Assembly (NCBI GenBank): GCA_965246995.1 | Contig: OZ252008.1 | Span: 772,671 to 836,670, forward strand | Direction: 5' to 3' | Length of the DNA stretch: 64,000 nt | DNA from: Vicinamibacterales bacterium | GTDB lineage: Bacteria; Acidobacteriota; Vicinamibacteria; Vicinamibacterales; UBA8438 | In this document: positions 53,253-60,859 of the stretch, in pieces | How the letters are laid out: each line of letters opens with the position of its first letter | Numbering within the stretch: the first letter of the stretch is position 1 | Made by a program: the position numbers and the translations under genes | Notes under the pieces: generated by a model | The model's database searches: none | Told to the model about the DNA's origin: nothing | Seen by the model: the letters and a program-made list of their open reading frames with translations, nothing else

Positions 53253-53283
53253 CGGGCGCTCGCGAGGGCGCCCGGCTTTTTTT
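53253..53283 (+). terminator. Strong rho-independent terminator ending at the relA/spoT start codon
   Basis: CGGGCGCTC-GCGA-GGGGCGCCCG forms a 9-bp stem including one G-U pair, with a GNRA loop, followed by GC and T7. The T tract runs directly into ATG 53284. Confidence 0.8.
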
Positions 53284-55443
53284 ATGAGCAGTCTCGAAGG
53301 CCTGATCCAGACGATCCAGACGTACAAGCCGGACGCCGACATCGACCTGTTGCGCCGGGCGTATGACTTCTCCGCGGTGGCGCACGCTGGCCAGACGCGC
53401 CGCTCCGGCGAGCAGTACATCACCCACCCGCTGGAAGTGGCGGGACTGGTGGCAGACATGCACCTCGACGATGTCGCGGTCGCCGCCAGCCTGCTGCATG
53501 ACGTGGTCGAGGACACGCTCACCACAGAGGAAAAAGTGCGCGAGCTGTTCGGCGAGGACATCGCGCATGTCGTTGCCGGCGTTACCAAGATCGGCGCGAT
53601 GCAGTTCTCGTCGAGCGAGGAACGGCAGGCGGAGAACTTCCGCAAGATGCTGCTCGCGATGGTGGACGACGTTCGAGTCATCCTGGTGAAGCTGGCCGAC
53701 CGTCTGCACAACATGCGCACCCTCGATCACCTGCCGGAGCCGCGCCGACTCAAGATCGCGCAGGAGACCGCGGACATCTACGCGCCAATTGCACATCGGC
53801 TCGGCATGAGCAAGGTGAAGCACGAGCTGGAGGAGTTGGCATTCCGACACCTTGAACCGGGGGAGTACGAATCGCTCCGGACGGTGGTGGACGAGCGCCG
53901 GAAGGCGACGGACCGGACCGTGGCGCAGCTCAAGCGGACGCTTTCGGACAAGCTACGCAACGCGCGAGTGCCGGTACTCACGATCGAAGGGCGAATCAAG
54001 CAGCTGTTCAGCATCCAGGAAAAGATCAAGCGGCAACGAATCTCGCTCGATCAGGTCTACGACCTGGTGGCGGTCCGGGTCATCACGCGCTCGGTGCATG
54101 ACTGTTATGCCGCGCTGGGGATCATCCACCAGACCTGGTCGCCCGTTCCGGGACGCTTCAAGGACTTCGTGGCGATGCCGCGGCCCAACGGCTACCAGTC
54201 TCTGCATACGTCGGTTGTGAGCGATCGGGGTTTTCCGTTCGAGGTGCAGATTCGAACGGAGCAGATGCATCAGATTGCCGAGGAGGGGATCGCGGCCCAC
54301 TGGAAGTACAAGGAGGGACGCGTCGGAGCGGAGACTGATGAGCAGTACTTCCTCTGGATCCGGCAACTGCTTGAGTGGCAAAAGGATGTTCCGGACCCGA
54401 GCGAGTTCATCCACAGCCTGAAGATCGATCTCTACCCGGAGGAGGTGTACACCTTTACTCCGAAGGGAGAAGTGAAGGGGTTGCCGCGTGGCGCGACGCC
54501 GATCGACTTCGCGTACGCCATTCACACCGACATTGGCAATACCTGCGTCGGCGCGCGCGTCAACGGACGGATGGTGCCGCTTCGGACGCGCCTGGAGAGC
54601 GGCGATATTGTGGAAGTGGTGACCGCCGCCGGGCATCAACCGAGCCGGGATTGGCTGAACGTTGTCGGGACGACACGCGCGCGCAACAAGATCAAGCAGT
54701 TCATCCATGCCGAGGAGAAGGTGCGCGCCGTCGATCTTGGGCGGAAGCTCCTCGAAAAGGAGGCGCGCCGCTTCGCGCTGAAGACCAAAGCGGTACTGGA
54801 CACGGGTGCCATAGAGACGGTCTGCTCCGCCTTCAGCGCGGCGAAGCCGGATGACCTGTACGCCGCCGTCGGCTACGGGAAGGTTTCGGCGCGGCAGGTG
54901 CTCGACCGGCTGGTGCCGGAAAACCAGTTAAGGGAACCGAAGCAGGAGACGGCGGTCGCTTCCGCCGTGCGGCGGATGCTTCGGCCGAACAAGCATGTCA
55001 TCAAGGTGCGGGGCTTCGACGACCTGATGGTTTTCCGGGCCGGATGCTGTAATCCGATACGGGGCGAGAAGATTGTCGGTTATGTGACGCGTGGCAAGGG
55101 GGTATCGGTGCACTCCGCGAGTTGCGCGAACGTACTGAACCTGTTGTACGACCCGGAGCGGCGGATCGACGTTGTGTGGGACAAGGCGGATGGCGACGCG
55201 TTCACGGTCTGCCTTACGATCCAGGTCGAGGACCGTCGCGGCATGCTCGCGGACGTTACGTCGCGCATCGCCGAGACGCGCATCGACATCCGGAAGGTGG
55301 AAGCGTCGTCGGGGGAGGATCGACATGGCCACATCAGCGTCACGATGGACATCGTTGACCTGAAGCACCTGCAGAAGGTGATCAAGGTGGTTCGTGCCGT
55401 CCCGGGCGTGTTGAACGTCGAACGGGTGCTGCGGCAGCAGTAG
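53284..55443 (+). CDS. spoT: Bifunctional (p)ppGpp synthetase/hydrolase RelA/SpoT homolog
   Basis: HD domain (AHAGQTRRSGEQYITHPLEVA...HDVVEDT), synthetase domain (GRIKQLFSIQEKI, YQSLHT, EVQIRT), and TGS and ACT domains. Confidence 0.95.
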   Translation: MSSLEGLIQTIQTYKPDADIDLLRRAYDFSAVAHAGQTRRSGEQYITHPLEVAGLVADMHLDDVAVAASLLHDVVEDTLTTEEKVRELFGEDIAHVVAGVTKIGAMQFSSSEERQAENFRKMLLAMVDDVRVILVKLADRLHNMRTLDHLPEPRRLKIAQETADIYAPIAHRLGMSKVKHELEELAFRHLEPGEYESLRTVVDERRKATDRTVAQLKRTLSDKLRNARVPVLTIEGRIKQLFSIQEKIKRQRISLDQVYDLVAVRVITRSVHDCYAALGIIHQTWSPVPGRFKDFVAMPRPNGYQSLHTSVVSDRGFPFEVQIRTEQMHQIAEEGIAAHWKYKEGRVGAETDEQYFLWIRQLLEWQKDVPDPSEFIHSLKIDLYPEEVYTFTPKGEVKGLPRGATPIDFAYAIHTDIGNTCVGARVNGRMVPLRTRLESGDIVEVVTAAGHQPSRDWLNVVGTTRARNKIKQFIHAEEKVRAVDLGRKLLEKEARRFALKTKAVLDTGAIETVCSAFSAAKPDDLYAAVGYGKVSARQVLDRLVPENQLREPKQETAVASAVRRMLRPNKHVIKVRGFDDLMVFRAGCCNPIRGEKIVGYVTRGKGVSVHSASCANVLNLLYDPERRIDVVWDKADGDAFTVCLTIQVEDRRGMLADVTSRIAETRIDIRKVEASSGEDRHGHISVTMDIVDLKHLQKVIKVVRAVPGVLNVERVLRQQ

Positions 55444-55447
55444 GGGC

Positions 55448-57074
55448 CTAGCAGCCTGTCGGACTTAGGCCCGGGTTTTATAATGGGGCTTGTCGAGTTG
55501 AGGGGGTAGAAGTAGATGCCGAATTTTGTACAGCGGCACCAGTCGCAGTTGTATCTGCTGCCGCCGGACCTGCGCGATTGGCTGCCTGAGGACGATCTGG
55601 CGCACTTCGTGGTGGAGGCGGTGGAACGGGTGCCGCTGGAGCGGTTCCAGGTGAACGAACGGGGCACCGGATCGGCGCAGTATCACCCGCGGATGATGCT
55701 GGCGTTGCTGGTGTACTGCTACGCGAACGGGATCTTCGGCTCGCGTCGGATCGAGCGGGCGACGTATCGGGACATTGGCGTTCGGTACGTGGCGGCGAAC
55801 TGTCATCCGGACCACGACACGATCTGCACGTTCCGGCGCAGCAACTTCGAAGCGGTAGCGGAGGCGTTCCTGCAGGTACTGCTGCTGGCGAAGGAGCTGC
55901 AGTTGCTGCGTGTTGGGACGGTGAGCGTGGACGGGACGAAGGTGGACGCGAACGCGAACAAGCGCAACAGCATCCGCTACGACCGTGCGGGGGCGTTGCG
56001 CGAGCAGTTGCGAGGCGAGATCGAGGGGTTGTTGGATCAGGCGGAGCACGCCGACACGGACGACGTGCCGGACCCACAGGGTCTGCCGGAGGAGTTGTCG
56101 CGGCGCGAGACGCTACGGGCGAAGCTGGACCGTGCGTGCGCGGAGTTGGAACGGCGTGCGCAGGCGCGTGCGGACGCGGAGCGGGCGGAGTACGAGCGCA
56201 CGGTGGCGGCGCGGGAGCGGCGTGCGGGATCGCGCAAGGGTCGGCACATCACGCCGCCGAGGGACGCGCCGGAGGCGAAGGCGCAGATCAACCTGACGGA
56301 TGCGGACAGTGCGCTGATGCGCAAGAGCCGGCGCCATGAGTACCGCCAGGCATACAACGCGCAGGCGGTGGTGGATGCCGACGGCAGTCAGTTGGTGTTG
56401 GGGTCGCGGGTGAGCGTGTGCGCGAGCGACCGCAACGAGTTGGTGGCGGACGTGGACGCGATACCGACGGCGGTGGGCGCGGCGGATCGGGTACTGGCGG
56501 ACAGTGGCTACGCGACGGGCAGCGAGGTGTCGCAACTGGCAGGTCGCGGTGTGGAGGTGTTGGTGGCGACGGGGGCGGAAGGCCAACGGCGCCGGCACGA
56601 CTTCCGACCGGAGCCGCCGGAGCAGCTGGCGAAGGAGCCGCAGGCGGACTGGATCAAGTCGATGCAGGAGAAGATGGCACTGCCGGAGCACCGGGCGCAT
56701 TACCGTTTGCGCCAGCAGACGGTGGAGCCGGTGTTCGGGATCGTGAAGCAGGCGATGGGCTTCCGGCAGTTTCTGCTGCGGGGTCTTGAGAAGGTGGAGG
56801 GCGAATGGGCCTTGGTAACGCTGGCGTATAACTGCCGACGCGTGCACAACCTCAGGCTGGCATGACGGGGCTATACGGGGCGGAACTCGGCGTGTTCGCG
56901 ACCCACCAGAGGCGTCAGAAAGACCTCCAGGCGCCGTCAGCGACCGATGGCCAGGATACAGTCCCCGTTTCGGTCGAAGCGGCCCTCCCGGCACAGAGAC
57001 ACAGGGCGTCGTTCAAACAGGTGCCAAGTCGCTTCCACGCGCGTTTGCCGCGCCTAAGTCCGACAGGCTGCTAG
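55448..57074 (+). mobile_element. IS1182-family insertion sequence (element 55452-57070, flanked by CTAG on both sides)
   Basis: Perfect 19-bp terminal inverted repeats CAGCCTGTCGGACTTAGGC (55452-55470 and the complement at 57052-57070). CTAG at 55448-55451 and 57071-57074. One transposase ORF. Confidence 0.85.
55516..56865 (+). CDS. IS1182-family DDE transposase
   Basis: DUF772-like N-terminus (YHPRMMLALLVYCYANGIFGSRRIERATYRDIGVRYV...PDHDTICTFRR), SVDGTKVDANAN, and a C-terminal DDE region (ADSGYAT...VEPVFGIVKQ). Confidence 0.85.
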   Translation: MPNFVQRHQSQLYLLPPDLRDWLPEDDLAHFVVEAVERVPLERFQVNERGTGSAQYHPRMMLALLVYCYANGIFGSRRIERATYRDIGVRYVAANCHPDHDTICTFRRSNFEAVAEAFLQVLLLAKELQLLRVGTVSVDGTKVDANANKRNSIRYDRAGALREQLRGEIEGLLDQAEHADTDDVPDPQGLPEELSRRETLRAKLDRACAELERRAQARADAERAEYERTVAARERRAGSRKGRHITPPRDAPEAKAQINLTDADSALMRKSRRHEYRQAYNAQAVVDADGSQLVLGSRVSVCASDRNELVADVDAIPTAVGAADRVLADSGYATGSEVSQLAGRGVEVLVATGAEGQRRRHDFRPEPPEQLAKEPQADWIKSMQEKMALPEHRAHYRLRQQTVEPVFGIVKQAMGFRQFLLRGLEKVEGEWALVTLAYNCRRVHNLRLA

Positions 57075-58787
57075 CCCGGATTTCTCACCGGAGGTGAACA
57101 AGAGGCTGCCCGTGATGGCGTAAAGTGTTGTTATCACAATAACTTCAAGCCACACACGGAGGCAGCCTCTTGTCGACACATTGTACGCCAACCCAGCTTG
57201 AGTTTCCTCGGGTCGGTCGTCGCCGTCTGGTCGCCAGCTTTGATGGCGGAACGATCACGTCCAACGCCGGGGCATTGCTGCTGCGGGCGGTGGAGAAGTG
57301 CACCGGCGTGTGCCGGCGCGCGGCGGAGTGCTTCCAGGACTACCGGGATCCGAGCTTGATCGAGCACACGGTCGAGGACTTGGTGACCCAGCGTGTGATG
57401 GCCGTCGCGTTGGGCTACGAAGATCTGAACGACCATGACACCCTGCGGCGCGACCCGCTGGTGGCGGCCGCGGTGGGCAAGGCGGACCCGACGGGCGAGA
57501 ACCGGGTGCGGGTGGCGGACCGCGGGGCCGCGCTGGCGGGGAAGAGCACGCTGAACCGGCTGGAACTGGTCGGGTCGAAGGACGCCGAGGCTGACCGGTA
57601 CAAGAAGGTGACCTATGACGAGGCGGCGCTCGACGCCCTGCTGGTGGACGTGTTCATCGAGTCGCACCCGACGCCGCCGGCGCGCATCGTGCTGGATGTC
57701 GATGCGACGGACGACCCGCTGCACGGCCAGCAGGAAGGGCGGTTCTTCCACGGGTATTACCGGCACTACTGCTATCTGCCTCTGTATATCTTCTGCGGGG
57801 CGCAGGTGCTCTGCGCGCGGTTGCGGCCCTCGAACATCGACGGGGCGGCCGGGGTGGTGGACGAGTTGGCGCGGATTGTGGGGCAGGTGCGGCAGGCGTG
57901 GCCGTCGGTCTCCATCGTGGTGCGGGGAGACTCGGGGTTCTGCCGAGACGAGCTGCTGAACTGGTGCGAAGAGCATGCGGTGGATTACGTCATCGGCTTG
58001 GCGAAGAACGCTCGGTTGAAGGAACACATCGCGCCCGAACTGGCGCAGGCCCAGGCGCAGTGCGAGGAAACCGGGACCGCCGCGCGGGTGTTTGCGGACT
58101 TCCGCTATCGCACGCGCGAGAGCTGGAGCCGGGAGCGCCGGGTGGTCGGCAAGGCCGAGCATCTGCCCGCGGGCGCCAATCCACGCTTCGTGGTGACATC
58201 GCTGCGGCCGGACACCCTGGCGGCGCAGGCGCTGTATGAGGATTTCTATTGCGCCCGCGGGGACATGGAGAACCGCATCAAGGAACAGCAACTGGCGCTG
58301 TTCGCGGACCGGACGAGCAGTGCGACGCTGCGCGCCAACCAACTGCGCCTGTATTGGGCCACGCTGGCCTACGTCCTGCTCCAGCACCTCCGCGACCGGG
58401 GGCTGGCGGGCACCCGGCTCGCCCGCGCCCAATGCGACACGCTACGGCTGCGGCTGCTCAAGATCGGCGCCCACGTCCGCGTCACCGTGCGCCGCATCTG
58501 CGTGGCGCTGTCCGAGCTGGCGCCCGACGCCGATCTGTTCATCACGGCCGCTCAACGTTTGCGCGCACCGCCCGGCCCGGCCTGACGATTGGCCAGGCGG
58601 CGGCATACGTTCACGACCGCAGGGGGGCACGGGGACCTTTCGGGCATGGTGTGCTTACCCGACCGATTTTGGCGCCGCGCGCACGTCGTCGCCCGCGTCC
58701 AGACCACCGCTGGCGCCTGAGTTGGCCGCCCGGAACCCCAGACCCACCGCCTCATGCCCGATCTCCGGGAGCTGTGAGAAATCCGGG
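57075..58787 (+). mobile_element. IS1380-family insertion sequence, copy 2 (flanked by CTAG at 57071-57074 and 58788-58791)
   Basis: Same 14-bp terminal repeats CCCGGATTTCTCAC as copy 1. The transposase is clearly homologous to copy 1 but diverged, and the ~200-bp region 3' of the transposase is not alignable by eye between the copies. Confidence 0.85.
57170..58585 (+). CDS. IS1380-family DDE transposase
   Basis: TTG start with GGAGG 8 nt upstream. Same motif set as 1893-3305 (ITSNAGALLL, DVDATDDPLHGQQEG, GDSGFCRD, ARGDMENRIKEQ). Confidence 0.85.
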   Translation: MSTHCTPTQLEFPRVGRRRLVASFDGGTITSNAGALLLRAVEKCTGVCRRAAECFQDYRDPSLIEHTVEDLVTQRVMAVALGYEDLNDHDTLRRDPLVAAAVGKADPTGENRVRVADRGAALAGKSTLNRLELVGSKDAEADRYKKVTYDEAALDALLVDVFIESHPTPPARIVLDVDATDDPLHGQQEGRFFHGYYRHYCYLPLYIFCGAQVLCARLRPSNIDGAAGVVDELARIVGQVRQAWPSVSIVVRGDSGFCRDELLNWCEEHAVDYVIGLAKNARLKEHIAPELAQAQAQCEETGTAARVFADFRYRTRESWSRERRVVGKAEHLPAGANPRFVVTSLRPDTLAAQALYEDFYCARGDMENRIKEQQLALFADRTSSATLRANQLRLYWATLAYVLLQHLRDRGLAGTRLARAQCDTLRLRLLKIGAHVRVTVRRICVALSELAPDADLFITAAQRLRAPPGPA

Positions 58788-59186
58788 CTAGGAGCCCGTG
58801 TTTGCTGACACCCTGGCGATACAGTCGATCTCCACCAGGGCATCTTTCGGGAGTCGCGCAACCTGGACGGCCGCGCGGGCCGGCGAGGGGTCGGCGAAGA
58901 AGGTGGCGTACACCCGGTTCATCGTGGCGAAGTCGTTCATGTCGGCCAGGTAAACGGTCGTCTTGACGACATCGGCGCATGTCGCGCCGGCAGCGGTCAG
59001 GATGCCGTCGAGGTTCCGGAGCGCCCGTTCGGTCTGGGCGCCGACGTCGCCATCGATCATCTCGCCCGTATCCGGGTCCAGAGCTACCTGCCCCGAGACA
59101 AAGAGCAGATCACCGCTTCGAATTGCCTGCGAGTAAGGACCAATAGCTGCCGGCGCGCCCGTCGTGACGATGGGAGTCCGAGACAC
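58788..59186 (-). CDS. ridA: RidA/YjgF-family reactive-intermediate deaminase
   Basis: Contains APAAIGPYSQAI..GDLLFVSGQ, VKTTVYLADMNDF and PARAAVQVARLPKDALVEIDCIA. The start is set at GTG 59186; the upstream part of the 210-aa track ORF has no family similarity. Confidence 0.88.
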   Translation of the reverse strand: MSRTPIVTTGAPAAIGPYSQAIRSGDLLFVSGQVALDPDTGEMIDGDVGAQTERALRNLDGILTAAGATCADVVKTTVYLADMNDFATMNRVYATFFADPSPARAAVQVARLPKDALVEIDCIARVSANTGS

Positions 59187-59239
59187 GTTCTGCCTGGAAG
59201 GGAATTTCTTCCCGCTCGAGGTGATTGCGGAGGGTCGGG

Positions 59240-59431
59240 CTACGGTGCCTTGACGACGAGGTTCGACCGGATGCAGCGGGTACACACCCGCAGCCGCTTC
59301 ACCCCACCGTTGACCACCGCGCGGACCGTCTGGATGTTCGCCTGGAACCGCCGCTTCGTCACGTTGTGGGCGTGTGAGACATTCCGGCCCATCTTCGGGC
59401 CCTTGCCGCAGATGTCGCAACGTTTCGCCAT
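59240..59431 (-). CDS. rpmB: 50S ribosomal protein L28
   Basis: MAKRCDICGKGPKMGRNVSHAHNVTKRRFQANIQ... is the canonical L28 sequence, and 63 aa is the canonical length. Confidence 0.95.
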   Translation of the reverse strand: MAKRCDICGKGPKMGRNVSHAHNVTKRRFQANIQTVRAVVNGGVKRLRVCTRCIRSNLVVKAP

Positions 59432-59466
59432 AAGTACGTGCCTATTCTATACCGGGAGTCGCCGCG

Positions 59467-60174
59467 TCAGCGTCCAGGGACGATCAGACCCGACGGTGAG
59501 GTCCGCTCGGCGGGGTTGCCCGTGCTACCCCCTGCAGCCTCCCCGTCACCCGTCATGGTCGATGCGAAGCGCTTCAGCATGGCCACGCACGCTGCCTCGT
59601 CCCCTTCCGCGCTCAAGAGCGTCTGTCCTTCCCGGGCGCCCCGTTCGATCCGCCGGAAGATGTCGGCCAGGTCATGGTCAGGAACCGGCGTTCCCTGCTG
59701 CGCTGAAGCGTCAACGAGTCCGGCCATCTCCTTTACCAGCCGCTGAGCGTAGGTAGTCTGAACGGCGTGCTGGTAGACGATTCCGCGGCTGGCCGTCTCT
59801 GCGGTCTGCGCCATTGCCTGGGCCGCTTCCGCGACGTCGGCATCGCGAAGGCCCGGAAGGTCAGGCCGATCCTGGCCTAGCACGGCCAGCAGTCGATAGG
59901 TGAGTGCCTGCTGCTGCGGCGTCAGTCCATGCAGTAGCGCCACGAGGAAATGAACGTCGCGTTCGCGTTGTCGCTGCACCACGGCGGGCGGGTGGGCCGA
60001 GGCGGAATGCAGCCAGGAACAATCGGGTGGGCAGGCGATTTCGGTCAGGCGCTTGGTGCCACAGCAGACCGAGCAGATCGAGACCCCTTTCGCGGGGCAG
60101 CTGCGCCGCGCCTTCCGGCGACCACATAGCGGACAAGTCTGTTTCGACACGGCCGTTGGGATTATGACAGCCAA
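59467..60174 (-). CDS. Hypothetical protein with an N-terminal 8-Cys cluster (putative zinc-binding)
   Basis: CPLCGRRKARRSCPAKGVSICSVCCGTKRLTEIACPPDCSWL followed by a helical Ala/Leu/Gln-rich region. The start is uncertain (TTG 60174 or GTG 60150). Confidence 0.5.
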   Translation of the reverse strand: MAVIIPTAVSKQTCPLCGRRKARRSCPAKGVSICSVCCGTKRLTEIACPPDCSWLHSASAHPPAVVQRQRERDVHFLVALLHGLTPQQQALTYRLLAVLGQDRPDLPGLRDADVAEAAQAMAQTAETASRGIVYQHAVQTTYAQRLVKEMAGLVDASAQQGTPVPDHDLADIFRRIERGAREGQTLLSAEGDEAACVAMLKRFASTMTGDGEAAGGSTGNPAERTSPSGLIVPGR

Positions 60175-60229
60175 GGTCGGTTTCTGGTCCGGGGCCGCCG
60201 AAATTCCTGCCGCCGATTGAACGCAGCAC

Positions 60230-60245
60230 GTCCTCTGGAGAGGAC
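60230..60245. promoter_or_regulatory. Perfect 16-bp palindrome GTCCTCTGGAGAGGAC in a divergent intergenic region (candidate operator)
   Basis: Read directly from the sequence. It is flanked by the direct repeat ACGTCCT (60228 and 60248) and lies between the Cys-rich gene and the dksA-like gene. Confidence 0.3.
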
Positions 60246-60398
60246 AAACGTCCTTCCGAAACCAAACCGCTGTTTCTGTCGTCTAAGCAAATAGCGCTGG
60301 TTCCAATGGCACGGATCTTGCACTCATGTTGGGCGAGGCTCGATAGGCAGCAAGGACCGGGCTGAACTGGACGAACCGCCTGGAAAGGAGCAGGCACC

Positions 60399-60857
60399 AT
60401 GAACATGCAAGCACGCACCACGAGGAAGAAGCTGAGCCAGGCTCGCCACCGCGAGCTGAAGAAGATGCTCGAGGCGCGGCGTCTCGAGATCATCGGCGAG
60501 GTGCAGCACAAGATGCGCGACGTACGGCTGGAGCACGCGGCTTCGCCCACGCCAGATGTGCGCGACGAGGCGGAGGCCTCCGAAATGGACATCCAGGGCG
60601 ACATCGAATTCGCCGTGCTGCAGATGAAGACCGAGACGCTTCACAAGATCACAGAGGCGATCGGCCGCCTCGACGAAGGCGCCTTCGGGTACTGCTACGA
60701 GTGCGGGAAGGAGATCGCAACCGAGCGGCTCCGGGCGTTGCCGTTCGCCGTCCGCTGCACCGAGTGCGAGGTGGAGCGCGAACTGGCAATCGAGCGGGAG
60801 CAGATGTACGACGCGCGTCGGGCTCCCGCTTCGCTCTTCACTGACTTTCAGGGGTAG
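60399..60857 (+). CDS. DksA/TraR-family C4 zinc-finger protein
   Basis: Coiled-coil N-terminus, then GRLDEGAFGYCYECGKEIATERLRALPFAVRCTECE. AAGGAG lies upstream, and the stop is 2 nt before the lon ATG. Confidence 0.85.
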   Translation: MNMQARTTRKKLSQARHRELKKMLEARRLEIIGEVQHKMRDVRLEHAASPTPDVRDEAEASEMDIQGDIEFAVLQMKTETLHKITEAIGRLDEGAFGYCYECGKEIATERLRALPFAVRCTECEVERELAIEREQMYDARRAPASLFTDFQG

Positions 60858-60859
60858 CG

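Noticed and set aside
53113-53283. N-terminal extension of the relA/spoT ORF (and similarly 17032-17205 for lepB, 58788-59420 for ridA, 15344-15367 for lepA)
   Set aside because: The extensions are Arg-rich and overlap the upstream gene or a terminator hairpin. Family homology starts at the internal start codons chosen in the feature list.
59199-59212. Small hairpin GGGAA-GAAA-TTCCC downstream of rpmB as a terminator
   Set aside because: The stem has only 5 bp with A/T pairs and no clear U tract (TTCC follows). That is too weak to annotate.
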